This document shows, one piece after another, positions 45,992-55,520 of a DNA stretch of 64,000 bases (its first letter is position 1; every line of letters starts with the position of its first letter). The stretch is from Burkholderiales bacterium (GTDB lineage: Bacteria > Pseudomonadota > Gammaproteobacteria > Burkholderiales > Burkholderiaceae_C): contig JAECRO010000002.1 in assembly GCA_016000195.1 (NCBI GenBank), positions 65,602 to 129,601 of the forward strand, in the 5' to 3' direction. Below the pieces are notes generated by a model that was given only the letters and a program-made list of their open reading frames with translations, had not been told where the DNA came from and searched no databases. Both the position numbers and the translations under genes were made by a program.

Positions 45992-48900
45992 GCCCGCACG
46001 ACCCAGCCGCAGCGCCGGGCGCGTCATCCGGCGCGCCCGAGGCCTTTGACGGGCGCGGGGAGCCGTCCACCGCCAGCCCGTCGCGCCCCTTCATCATGCG
46101 GCCGGTGGCCACCGCGCTCTTGATGCTGGCCATCGTGCTGGCGGGGCTGGTCGGCTTCAGGCTGCTGCCGCTGTCGGCCCTGCCGCAGGTCGATTACCCG
46201 ACCATCCAGGTGCAGACGCTCTACCCCGGCGCCAGCCCGGAAGTGATGGCGCAGACCGTGACCGCGCCGCTGGAGCGCCAGTTCGGCCAGATGGCCGGTT
46301 TGAGCCGCATGAGTTCGACCAGCACGGCGGGCGTGTCCATCGTCACGCTGCAGTTCGGCCTGGGGCTGGCGCTGGACGTGGCCGAGCAGCAGGTGCAGGC
46401 AGCCATCAACGCCGGCGGCTCGCTGCTGCCGGCTGATTTGCCCGCGCCGCCGGTCTATGCCAAGGTCAATCCGGCCGATGCGCCGGTGCTCACGCTGGCC
46501 ATCACCTCCGACACGCTGGCGCTGACCGAAGTGCAGAACATCGTCAACACCCGGCTGGCGCTGAAGATCAGCCAGGTGGGCGGCGTCGGGCTGGTCGCGC
46601 TCAGCGGCGGCCAGCGGCCCGCCGTGCGCATCCAGGCCGACACGCGGGCGCTGGCGTCCCATGGCCTCGGGCTCGATGCACTGCGAACCGCCATCACCGC
46701 CGCCAACGCCAATGGCGCCAAGGGCAGCATCGACGGCCCGACGCGCTCGTACTCGATCAATTCCAACGACCAGCTGCTGGCCGCCGCAGACTACCAGAAC
46801 CTGATCATTGCCTGGCGCAACGGCGCCGCGGTGCGCGTATCAAACGTGGCCCAGGTGGTGGAAAGCGCCGAGAACACCCAGCTCGGCGCTTGGGCCAGCA
46901 TTGCCTGCGACGCCAGCGCGTCACCAGACGAAAAGAACGACTGCCTCGGAACGCCCGGCCGGCGGCTGGTGCCCGCCATCATCCTGAACGTGCAGCGCCA
47001 GCCCGGCGCGAATGTGATTGCCACCGTGGACGCCATCAAGGCGCGCCTGCCCGAGCTGCAGGCCGGCCTGCCGACCTCGATGCGGGTCGATGTGCTGAGC
47101 GACCGCACCACCGGCATCCGGGCTTCCGTGCTGCATGTCGAGATCGAGCTGCTGCTGGCCGTGCTGATGGTGGTGCTGGTGATCTTTGCGTTTTTGCACA
47201 AGCTGCGCGCCACCGTGATTGCCAGCCTGGCCGTGCCGATTTCGCTCATCGGCACCTGCGGCGCGATGTATTTGCTGGGCTACAGCCTGAACAACCTGAG
47301 CCTGATGGCGCTGACGATTGCCACCGGCTTCGTGGTCGATGACGCCATCGTGATGATCGAGAACATCTCGCGCTACATCGAGGAAGGCGAAACGCCGATG
47401 TTCGCCGCGCTCAAGGGCGCCAGGCAGATCGGCTTCACGATCATCTCGCTGACGGTGTCGCTGATTGCGGTGCTGATTCCGCTGCTGTTCATGGGCGACG
47501 TGGTGGGACGGCTGTTCCGCGAATTCGCCATCACGCTGGCCATCACGATTTTGATTTCGGCGGTGGTGTCGCTGACCCTGGTGCCGATGATGTCGGCCAG
47601 ATGGTTGAAAGCCGAGCCGAAAAAAGCCCCCACGCTCCCCGCTTCGCGTGGTTCGCTGCCCTTGCAGGGCGCCACGCCGCCAGAGGCGGCGCATCTTCAG
47701 GCTGTCCAAGCCCGCGCAGGCGGGCTCGGAGCCGCAGCCTTCAGCCCCGAGGGGGCCGCCCCGTCTGCGGCCTGGCAAAGCCAGTTCCGCGACGGGAACT
47801 TGAACGAGCGGGAAGATGGGGCCGCAGGGATTGGTGCGCGCTTGCAGCGCTTTTTCGACGGCGTGATCGTTCGCTACGACCAGTCGCTGACCTGGGTGCT
47901 CAGGCACCAGGGCGCGACGCTGCTGGTGGCGCTGGCGACACTGGGGCTCACCGTGCTGCTGTACATGCTGATTCCCAAAGGACTGTTCCCGACGCAGGAC
48001 ACCGGCCAGCTGCAGGCGCGGGTCGAAACCGCCCAGTCGGTGTCGTATGCCCGCATGGCCGGGCTGCAGCAGGCGGCTGCGCGGGAAATTTTGCAAGACC
48101 CGGACGTGGATGCGCTGAGTTCCTTCATCGGCGTCGATGCGGCCAACAACAGCATGCTGCACACCGGCCGCATGCTGATCAACCTGAAAAAAGAGCGCAC
48201 CGGCAGCCAGCAGGCCACCATGGACCGGCTGCGCGAGCGCGCCAGCCGGGTCGCCGGCGTGACGCTGTACCTGCAGCCGACGCAGGACTTGACGATTGAC
48301 GCCGAGACCGGCCCGACGCAGTTCCGCGTGTCGATGGAAGGCGCCAGCAACGCCACGGTGGTGCAGTGGGCCAACAAGCTGGCCGAGCGCATGGCGCTGT
48401 CCGCCAGCCTGCGCAACGTGGTGTCGGACGCCGGCGCCCAGGGCGCGGCAGCCTTCATCAACGTGGACCGCGACAGTGCCTCGCGCCTGGGCATTGCCGC
48501 GTCGGTGGTTGACGATGCGCTGTACAGCGCGTTCGGCCAGCGCATCGTCTCGACGATCTTCACCGAGACCAACCAGTACCGCGTGATCCTTGAAGCCCTG
48601 CCCGACACGCTGGCCACGCCGGCCTCGCTGGGCGACCTGCCTTTGAAAACTGGCTCAGGCACGACCACGCCGCTGTCGTCGATAGCCACCATCACCGAGC
48701 AGCCCGCGCCGCTGCAGATCACCCACGTCGCCCAGTACCCGGCCACGACGCTGGGCTTTGACACCGCGCCCGGCGTGTCGCTGGGCAAGGCGGTTGACGA
48801 GGTCAGGCAGGCGGCGAAAGACATCGCCATGCCGGCCAGCGTGACACTGACCTTTTTGGGCGCGGCCGGCGCCTACCAGTCGTCGCTCTCAAACCAGCTG

Positions 48901-49422
48901 TGGCTTATTTTGGCGGCGGTGGTCTGCGTGTACATCGTGCTGGGCGTGCTGTATGAAAGCTATGTGCACCCGATGACGATTCTCTCGACGCTGCCGTCGG
49001 CGGGCGTGGGCGCCTTGCTGGCGCTGATGCTGAGCGGCTCGGATTTGGGCGTGATCGGCATCATCGGCATCATCTTGCTGATCGGCATTGTGAAAAAGAA
49101 CGCCATCATGATGATCGACTTTGCGATTGACGCCGAGCGCCATCAGGGCAAGTCGCCGCAGGACGCGATTCACCAGGCGGCGCTGCTGCGCTTTCGGCCG
49201 ATTTTGATGACGACGCTGGCGGCGCTGTTTGCTGCCGTTCCCTTGATGCTGGGTTTTGGCGATGGCGCGGAGTTGCGGCGGCCGCTGGGGCTGGCGATTT
49301 TTGGCGGCTTGATCGTTAGCCAGGTGTTGACGCTGTTCACGACGCCTGTCATTTACCTGGCGTTTGACCGGCTGGGGCGGCGGTTTGGGCGGAAGGAGCG
49401 GATGGATGCTTCTTTTTTATGA
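45988..49422 (+). CDS. mdtB: RND multidrug efflux permease (MdtB-like), 1144 aa with two lineage-specific insertions
   Basis: 12-TM RND architecture: [51 protein letters not shown]. About 70 aa longer than the downstream paralog. Confidence 0.9.
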   Translation: MSPHDPAAAPGASSGAPEAFDGRGEPSTASPSRPFIMRPVATALLMLAIVLAGLVGFRLLPLSALPQVDYPTIQVQTLYPGASPEVMAQTVTAPLERQFGQMAGLSRMSSTSTAGVSIVTLQFGLGLALDVAEQQVQAAINAGGSLLPADLPAPPVYAKVNPADAPVLTLAITSDTLALTEVQNIVNTRLALKISQVGGVGLVALSGGQRPAVRIQADTRALASHGLGLDALRTAITAANANGAKGSIDGPTRSYSINSNDQLLAAADYQNLIIAWRNGAAVRVSNVAQVVESAENTQLGAWASIACDASASPDEKNDCLGTPGRRLVPAIILNVQRQPGANVIATVDAIKARLPELQAGLPTSMRVDVLSDRTTGIRASVLHVEIELLLAVLMVVLVIFAFLHKLRATVIASLAVPISLIGTCGAMYLLGYSLNNLSLMALTIATGFVVDDAIVMIENISRYIEEGETPMFAALKGARQIGFTIISLTVSLIAVLIPLLFMGDVVGRLFREFAITLAITILISAVVSLTLVPMMSARWLKAEPKKAPTLPASRGSLPLQGATPPEAAHLQAVQARAGGLGAAAFSPEGAAPSAAWQSQFRDGNLNEREDGAAGIGARLQRFFDGVIVRYDQSLTWVLRHQGATLLVALATLGLTVLLYMLIPKGLFPTQDTGQLQARVETAQSVSYARMAGLQQAAAREILQDPDVDALSSFIGVDAANNSMLHTGRMLINLKKERTGSQQATMDRLRERASRVAGVTLYLQPTQDLTIDAETGPTQFRVSMEGASNATVVQWANKLAERMALSASLRNVVSDAGAQGAAAFINVDRDSASRLGIAASVVDDALYSAFGQRIVSTIFTETNQYRVILEALPDTLATPASLGDLPLKTGSGTTTPLSSIATITEQPAPLQITHVAQYPATTLGFDTAPGVSLGKAVDEVRQAAKDIAMPASVTLTFLGAAGAYQSSLSNQLWLILAAVVCVYIVLGVLYESYVHPMTILSTLPSAGVGALLALMLSGSDLGVIGIIGIILLIGIVKKNAIMMIDFAIDAERHQGKSPQDAIHQAALLRFRPILMTTLAALFAAVPLMLGFGDGAELRRPLGLAIFGGLIVSQVLTLFTTPVIYLAFDRLGRRFGRKERMDASFL

Positions 49423-49433
49423 CTTTTATGGCT

Positions 49434-49478
49434 CTTGCGCTTGCCCTGCTTGCGCGAGTAGCTATTTAATTGATAGCG
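49434..49478 (+). repeat. Short dispersed repeat (SDR family), copy after mdtB
   Basis: CTTGCGCttgccctgctTGCGCGAGTAGCTATTTAATTGATAGCGG. Confidence 0.75.
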
Positions 49479-49494
49479 GTTTTCGCTGCGTGGA

Positions 49495-49710
49495 CTGGCT
49501 GGCCGGGGGTTGCCCGGCGGCAACTCACTTTTCTTTGCTTCGCCAAAGAAAAGTAAGCAAAAGAAAGGCGACCCGGCTGTCTGGGGCCTTGCGCTTCGCT
49601 TCAGGCGACCTGCGCTGCCCCGGAAAAACGGGGGTCGGCGCAAACTCGCTTCACTGCGTTACGCTCAAACAACGCGCCGCCCTGATCCCGTTTTTCCGGG
49701 GCATCACAGG
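49495..49710 (+). repeat. ~210-bp hairpin-rich element, left copy
   Basis: Contains GTTGCC-cggc-GGCAAC, CTTTTCTTTG-cttcgc-CAAAGAAAAG, and a long hairpin at 49609-49710 with arms CCTGCGCTGCCCCGGAAAAACGGG and CCCGTTTTTCCGGGGCATCACAGG. Confidence 0.85.
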
Positions 49711-49794
49711 CCCAGACAGAACGGGGCAATCGGGGAACGAAGTCAAAACAGCCAAACAGCCAAACAGCCACCGCGCCCGGGTTTCAGTCCAGAA

Positions 49795-49838
49795 TGCTAC
49801 TAATTCGATAGCTAATTGTGCAGGTGGGGCATGCGCAA
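49795..49838 (-). repeat. Short dispersed repeat (SDR family), copy in the centre of the mdtB-mdtC spacer
   Basis: Reverse complement reads TTGCGCATGCCCCACCTGCACAATTAGCTATCGAATTAGTAGCA. Confidence 0.75.
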
Positions 49839-49921
49839 ATGACACTTTTTATGCACAAGCGCGAGTTCCCGCATCCGAATCCGCATCCGTTCCCGCTCCC
49901 GCAAGTCCCGTCCTGGCCGAG

Positions 49922-50124
49922 CCTGCGCTACGCCGCAAAAGCGGGATCAGGGCCGCGCGCTGTTTGAGCGCAGCGAGTTTGCGCGGACCCCCGCTTTTGC
50001 GGCGTAGCGCAGGTTGCCCGAAGCGAAGCGCAGGGACTCGGACTGCGGGTCGCCTTTTCTTTGCTTACTTTCTTTTGGCGAAGCAAAAGAAAGTGAGTTG
50101 CCGCCGGGCAACCCCCGGCCAGCC
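49922..50124 (-). repeat. ~210-bp hairpin-rich element, right copy, inverted relative to the left copy
   Basis: The reverse complement aligns with 49495-49710 along its whole length, and the first about 31 nt (GGCTGGCCGGGGGTTGCCCGGCGGCAACTCAC) are identical. The long hairpin at 49922-50013 has arms CCTGCGCTACGCCGCAAAAGCGGG and CCCGCTTTTGCGGCGTAGCGCAGG. Confidence 0.85.
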
Positions 50125-50169
50125 CAACCATGAAAAGTTAACCCAGCGGCAGGCAACAGGACTGCAGCC

Positions 50170-53100
50170 ATGAGCCTGTCCAGCCCCTTCATCAACCGCC
50201 CCATCGCCACAGTCCTGCTAACCATCGGCCTCGCACTGGCAGGCATAGGCGCCGTCTTCGTCCTGCCCGTCGCCCCCCTGCCCCAGGTCGATTACCCGAC
50301 CATCTCGGTCAGCGCCTCCCTGCCCGGCGCCAGCCCCGGCACCATGGCCAGCAGCGTCGCCACGCCGCTCGAACGCAGGCTAGGCGTGATCGCGGGCGTC
50401 AATGAAATGACCTCCAGCAGCGGCACCGGCTCGACCCGCATCAGCCTGCAGTTCGATCTGAACCGCAAGATCGACGCCGCCGCCAGAGAAGTGCAGGCCG
50501 CCATCAACGCCGCGCGCGCCGACCTGCCCGCCACGCTGCGCAGCAACCCGACCTACCGCAAGGCCAACCCGGCCTCGTCGCCGGTCATCATCCTGGCGCT
50601 GACCTCCAAGACCCGTTCGCCGGGGCAAATCTACGACGAAGTCTCCAACCTGGTGCAGCAAAAAATCGCCCAGGTGCCCGGCGTCGGCGATGTCGAACTG
50701 GGCGGCGGCTCGCTGCCCGCCGTGCGCGTCGAGCTGCTGCCCTTTGCGCTGAACCGCTACGGCGTCAGCATGGAAGACGTGCGCGCCGCCCTGCAGGCCG
50801 CCAACGCCAACCGGCCGCGCGGCGCGATTGAAGGCAAGGGCCAGCGCCTGCAGATTTATGCCACCGGCAGCACCGCCTCGGGCGGCCTGCGCGCGGCCGA
50901 TTACCAGGGGCTGATCGTCGCCTGGCGCAACGGCGCGGCGATTCGCCTGAGCGACGTGGCCGAAGTCAGCAACGGCGTGGAAAACACCAACACCCTGGGC
51001 CTGTTCAACGGCCAGCCGGCGGTCATCGTGCTGGTCACGCGCCAGCCCGACGCCAACGTCATCGCCACCGTCGATGGCGTGCGCGCCCTGCTGCCCGAGC
51101 TGCAGGCGCAACTGCCGCAGGACGTGGAGCTGCGGGTCGCCTCGGACTCGACCAACTCGATTCGCTCGTCGCTGCACGAAATCGAGGTCACGCTCTTGAT
51201 CTCGATTGCACTGGTGGTGCTGGTGGTCAGCGCCTTTTTGCGCAGCGCGCGCGCCACCTTCATCCCCGCCGTGGCGACCGTGGTGTCGCTGCTGGGCACC
51301 TTTGGCGTGATGTACCTGCTGGGCTTCAGCCTGAACAACCTGAGCCTGATGGCGCTCACGGTGGCGACCGGCTTCGTCGTTGATGACGCCATCGTGGTGC
51401 TGGAGAACACCAGCCGCCACATCGAGGCCGGCATGGACCGCTTCAAGGCGGCGCTGCTGGGCGCGCGCGAAGTCGGTTTTACCGTCCTGTCGATCAGCCT
51501 GTCGCTGGTGGCGGTGTTCATTCCGCTGCTGTTCATGGGCGGGCAGACCGGCCGGCTGTTCCGCGAATTCGCCGTCACGCTGTCGGCGGCGGTGATGATC
51601 TCGCTGGTGATTTCGCTCACCACCACGCCGATGATGTGCGCCTGGCTGCTCAAGCCGCATGCCGGCGCCAAGCCGCCCGGACGCATCGCGCGGGCCTTTG
51701 AAAACGCCTTCAATCGCCTGCTCAAGGGCTACGAAACCGCGCTCGACTGGGCGCTGGCCAGCAAACTGCTGGTCATGCTGATCCTGCTGGCGGTGATCGG
51801 GCTGAATGTTTACCTCTACATCGCCGCGCCCAAGGGCTTTTTTCCGCAGCAGGACACCGGCCAGATCAATGGCGGCCTGCGCGCCGACCGCAGCATTTCC
51901 TTCCAGGCGATGAGAGCCAAGCTCCAGCAGCTGGTGGACACCATCCGCGCCGACCCGGCGGTCGATACCGTGGTCGGCTTTACCGGCGGCTCGCGCGCCG
52001 GCGGCGGCTTCATGTTCATCAACCTCAAGCCGGCCGCGCAGCGCAGCGACTCCGGGCAGGCGGTGATTGCGCGGCTGCGTCCGCAACTGACGCGCGTGAC
52101 CGGCGTGAGCCTGTTCCTGAACCCGGTGCAGGACCTGCGCGGCGGCGGGCGGCAGAGCAATTCCACCTACCAGTACACGCTGAAAAGCGACAACGCCGCC
52201 GACCTGAAAAAATGGGCCACCCGGCTGTCCGAGCAGATGAAGGGCGCCAGCGCGCTGACCGACGTGGACACCGACCAGGAAGAAAACGGCGTCGAAACCA
52301 TGGTCACAGTGGACAGGGAAAGCGCGGCGCGGCTGGGCGTGAGTTCGCGCGATGTGGATAACGCGCTGTACAACGCCTTCGGCCAGCGCCAGGTCGCCAC
52401 GATCTACGGCGAACTCAACCAGTACCACGTCGTCATGCAGGTGGCGCAGCGCTACATCGGCAGCCCCGAGGCGCTGAAAGACATCTATGTGCCGGCAAAA
52501 AACACGGCATCGGCCAGCGCCGCCGCCAGCCTCGTCAATCCGGCCCTGCGCGACCCGTCTTCCGGCCAGGCGCTGAGCGCCTCAGGCACGGCCATGGTGC
52601 CGCTGTCGGCGATGGCCCGCTTCAGCGAAAACGCCACCGCCGCCTCCATCAGCCACGAGGACGGCGAACTCTCGACCACCATTTCCTACAATCTGGCCGC
52701 CGGCAGCACGCTCAGCGCCGCCCAGGCCGCCGTCAGGGATGCGGAAGCCGCCATCAGCCTGCCGAACAATGTGCGCGGCAGCTTTGCCGGCACGGCGCTC
52801 AGCGCGCAGCAGTCGCAGGGCGAGCAGCCGCTCTTGATCCTGGCGGCGCTGGTGGTGATCTACATCGTGCTGGGCATCCTGTACGAAAGCCTGATCCACC
52901 CGCTGACGGTGATATCGACCCTGCCGTCGGCCGGCGTGGGCGCGCTGCTGGCGCTGCTGCTGTTCAAGATGGACCTGTCCATCATCGCGCTGATCGGCAT
53001 TTTTCTGCTGATCGGCATCGTCAAGAAAAACGCTATTTTGATCATCGACTTTGCGCTGGATGCCGAACGCGCGCGCGGCCTGTCGGCGGTCGAAGCGGTG

Positions 53101-53385
53101 CGCGAAGCCTGCCTGCTGCGCTTCCGGCCGATTCTGATGACCACGCTGGCCGCCATTCTGGGCGCGCTGCCGCTGGCCATCGGCTTTGGCGAAGGGGCAG
53201 AACTTCGCCGGCCGCTGGGCATCACCATCATCGGCGGGCTGGTCGCCAGCCAGTTGCTGACGCTGTTGACGACGCCGGTGGTGTATGTGCTGCTCGACAA
53301 GCTGCGCCGCCGCAGCGCCGCCGAGCGCCACCTGAGCCGCCATCCCCACGAGCCGCCTGCAGCGCGTCCGCTGCAACCGCAATGA
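50170..53385 (+). CDS. mdtC: RND multidrug efflux permease (MdtC-like)
   Basis: [33 protein letters not shown] and [17 protein letters not shown] motifs. Length 1071 aa. Paralogous to the upstream permease. Confidence 0.9.
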   Translation: MSLSSPFINRPIATVLLTIGLALAGIGAVFVLPVAPLPQVDYPTISVSASLPGASPGTMASSVATPLERRLGVIAGVNEMTSSSGTGSTRISLQFDLNRKIDAAAREVQAAINAARADLPATLRSNPTYRKANPASSPVIILALTSKTRSPGQIYDEVSNLVQQKIAQVPGVGDVELGGGSLPAVRVELLPFALNRYGVSMEDVRAALQAANANRPRGAIEGKGQRLQIYATGSTASGGLRAADYQGLIVAWRNGAAIRLSDVAEVSNGVENTNTLGLFNGQPAVIVLVTRQPDANVIATVDGVRALLPELQAQLPQDVELRVASDSTNSIRSSLHEIEVTLLISIALVVLVVSAFLRSARATFIPAVATVVSLLGTFGVMYLLGFSLNNLSLMALTVATGFVVDDAIVVLENTSRHIEAGMDRFKAALLGAREVGFTVLSISLSLVAVFIPLLFMGGQTGRLFREFAVTLSAAVMISLVISLTTTPMMCAWLLKPHAGAKPPGRIARAFENAFNRLLKGYETALDWALASKLLVMLILLAVIGLNVYLYIAAPKGFFPQQDTGQINGGLRADRSISFQAMRAKLQQLVDTIRADPAVDTVVGFTGGSRAGGGFMFINLKPAAQRSDSGQAVIARLRPQLTRVTGVSLFLNPVQDLRGGGRQSNSTYQYTLKSDNAADLKKWATRLSEQMKGASALTDVDTDQEENGVETMVTVDRESAARLGVSSRDVDNALYNAFGQRQVATIYGELNQYHVVMQVAQRYIGSPEALKDIYVPAKNTASASAAASLVNPALRDPSSGQALSASGTAMVPLSAMARFSENATAASISHEDGELSTTISYNLAAGSTLSAAQAAVRDAEAAISLPNNVRGSFAGTALSAQQSQGEQPLLILAALVVIYIVLGILYESLIHPLTVISTLPSAGVGALLALLLFKMDLSIIALIGIFLLIGIVKKNAILIIDFALDAERARGLSAVEAVREACLLRFRPILMTTLAAILGALPLAIGFGEGAELRRPLGITIIGGLVASQLLTLLTTPVVYVLLDKLRRRSAAERHLSRHPHEPPAARPLQPQ

Positions 53386-53426
53386 GGCACGCCATGTTGA
53401 TTTTCTTGCATCGACCTGAAACCACC

Positions 53427-53518
53427 GTCATTCCCGCGAAGGCGAAAATCCAGGGGCGTTTCACCAAGGCTGGCGTTTTGCCGCGTCTGGATTCCCGCCT
53501 TCGCGGGAATGACGAATC
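53427..53518. repeat. dRS3-like hairpin-pair element, copy D, between mdtC and the outer-membrane factor gene
   Basis: GTCATTCCCGCGAAGGCGAAAATCCAG, a core unrelated to the other copies, then CTGGATTCCCGCCTTCGCGGGAATGACGAATC. Confidence 0.85.
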
Positions 53519-53531
53519 TATAAAGTTGCCC

Positions 53532-54947
53532 ATGCGCTCAACACTTTATCCCTGCAAACTCCTCGTTGCCGCCTTAGCCCTGGCGCTAGGGGGCTGCGCC
53601 GTCGGCCCCAACTACCAGCGCCCCACGACGCTAGATGTCAGCGCCTTCAAGGAAGCCGAAGGCTGGGTCGCCGCCGCCCCGGCCGATGCGCTGGAGCGCG
53701 GCCCGTGGTGGCTGCTCTTCGGCGACCCGGTGCTCGACGGCTTGGCGGCGCGCGTCGAAGTGTCGAACCAGAACGTCGCCGCCGCCGTGGCCGCCTATGC
53801 GCAGGCGCGCGCCGTGGTGCGCGAGCAGCGGGCGGCGCTGTTTCCCACGGTCACGCTGGACAGCGGCGCCAACCGCTCGCACAGCAGTTCGAGCAGCGCG
53901 ACCGGCAGCGGCGGGCGCACCGGCAACAGCTACCAGCTCAGCATGGGCGCGAGCTGGGAGCCCGATGTCTGGGGCCGCCTGGGCCGCGCGGTCGGGAGCA
54001 GCGCGGCCAGCGCCCAGGCCAGCGCCGCCGACCTGGCCTCGGCCCGGCTGTCGGCGCAGGGCGAACTGGCCATCAACTACCTGACGCTGCGCCAGCTTGA
54101 TGCGCAGAAAGCGCTGCTCGAAAGCACGCTGACCGGCTACCAGCGCACGCTGGAAATCACGCAGAACCGCTACAGCGCCGGCATTGCCGCCAAAACCGAC
54201 GTGCTGCAGGCGCAAACCCAGCTGGCCAATGCGCAGGCCGACGACGCCGGGCTTGTCCGCCAGCGCGCCCAGCTGGAACACGCCATTGCCGTGCTGGTCG
54301 GCGAGGCGCCCGGCAATTTTTCGCTGCCGCCCGCCGGCTGGAAGCCCGTGGTGCCGGAAGTTCCGGTGGGCGTTCCGTCCACCCTGCTGCAGCGCCGCCC
54401 CGACATTGCCAGCGCCGAGCGCGGCGTGGCCGTGGCCAACGAACAGATCGGCATCGCTAGAGCCGCTTATTACCCCAGCCTGCCGCTGGGCGCATCGTAT
54501 GGATTCGGCGCCAGCCGCGTGGCCGACCTGTTCAGCGCGTCGAGCAGCGTCTGGTCGCTCGGCCTGTCGGCGGCGCAAACCCTGTTCAACGCCGGCGCCA
54601 CCCGCGCCCGCGTCGAAGGCAGTGAAGCGGCGCATGCGCAGGCGGTGGCGCGCTACCGGCAAACCGTGCTGACGGCGTTCCAGGGGGTTGAAGACCAGCT
54701 CGCCGCCACCCGCGTGCTGCTGGCCCAGCAGGATCTGCGCCGCCAGGCGTCCGAAGCCGCCGACCAGGTCGAGCAGCAGGTGCTCAACCGCTACCGCAGC
54801 GGCCAGGTCAGCTACACCGAAGTCATCACCGCCCAGGCCACCGCGCTGAACGCCCGCCGCGCGCTGGTGCAGGCCATGGCCGACCGCCAGACCACCGCCG
54901 TGGCGCTGATCCAGTCGCTGGGCGGCGGCTGGCAGGCCGGTCAATAA
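53532..54947 (+). CDS. RND efflux outer-membrane factor lipoprotein (NodT/OprM family)
   Basis: Start moved to ATG 53532. Lipobox LALALGGC, and repeated OEP coiled-coil halves (RPDIASAERGVAVANEQIGIARAAYYPSL). Confidence 0.88.
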   Translation: MRSTLYPCKLLVAALALALGGCAVGPNYQRPTTLDVSAFKEAEGWVAAAPADALERGPWWLLFGDPVLDGLAARVEVSNQNVAAAVAAYAQARAVVREQRAALFPTVTLDSGANRSHSSSSSATGSGGRTGNSYQLSMGASWEPDVWGRLGRAVGSSAASAQASAADLASARLSAQGELAINYLTLRQLDAQKALLESTLTGYQRTLEITQNRYSAGIAAKTDVLQAQTQLANAQADDAGLVRQRAQLEHAIAVLVGEAPGNFSLPPAGWKPVVPEVPVGVPSTLLQRRPDIASAERGVAVANEQIGIARAAYYPSLPLGASYGFGASRVADLFSASSSVWSLGLSAAQTLFNAGATRARVEGSEAAHAQAVARYRQTVLTAFQGVEDQLAATRVLLAQQDLRRQASEAADQVEQQVLNRYRSGQVSYTEVITAQATALNARRALVQAMADRQTTAVALIQSLGGGWQAGQ

Positions 54948-55188
54948 ACGGGGCATCCGGCGACAAAAGCCGGGTTTGCGGTCGCTGCATGTAGCGGCGG
55001 ACCTTGCGCCGTGCGCCTGGACAAGAGTTGATTTCACGAGGCAGGCGCTTGACCAAAAAAGCCTGCGACTTCCTCAGCGAAGGTCTATGCCTGCTTTTTC
55101 CGAAGCCACTGTGCCGAACGCCATCATTGACCAGGATCATGATGCCAAGCCTTGGATAAGCCATAGTCACAGCCAAGGAGTGCATATC

Positions 55189-55332
55189 ATGAAATTGTTA
55201 ACTGATCTTTTCTCTACCGACTATGGTCTTATGAGCATCATGGGAATTATGTTCATGATTGGGATGGGCGTGTTCTTCCTGCGGCTGTTCATGGGCAAGA
55301 TGGATGCGGACGCCAAAAACGCCAGCAAATAA
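55189..55332 (+). CDS. small membrane protein (DUF3149-like, 47 aa)
   Basis: MKLLTDLFSTDYGLMSIMGIMFMIGMGVFFLRLFMGKM... AAGGAG ribosome-binding site 8 nt upstream. Confidence 0.6.
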   Translation: MKLLTDLFSTDYGLMSIMGIMFMIGMGVFFLRLFMGKMDADAKNASK

Positions 55333-55434
55333 GCGCTGCGGCGGACTGCCGCCATGACGCATCTTCAGCATGCGGCGTTCTTTCCTTGTGGATAAGCGCA
55401 AGCGCTTCTGATTCGCGGACAGGCCTGGCATGAA

Positions 55435-55500
55435 ATTACTATCTATTTGATAGCTGCTCACGCCGGTGGATATTGCGCAAAACAGCTATTTTGTTCGCAA
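55435..55500 (-). repeat. Short dispersed repeat (SDR family), one full minus-strand copy plus an abutting partial plus-strand copy
   Basis: Reverse complement of 55435-55480 reads TTGCGCAatatccaccggcGTGAGCAGCTATCAAATAGATAGTAAT. It is followed on the + strand by TTGCGCAAAACAGCTATTTTGTTCGCAA. Confidence 0.75.
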
Positions 55501-55520
55501 ATTCCGGCGCAAAACTGCCA

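Noticed and set aside
49364-50173. 269-aa ORF filling the mdtB-mdtC spacer
   Set aside because: It is composed of translated inverted repeats (FASPKKSKQKKGDP-type strings). It has no start context and no family resemblance.
44804-55037. Antisense ORFs across the RND operon (44804..46027, 46921..48162, 50380..52428, 52582..53382, 53631..55037, all minus strand)
   Set aside because: They oppose well-supported mdtA, mdtB, mdtC and outer-membrane factor frames and give low-complexity translations.
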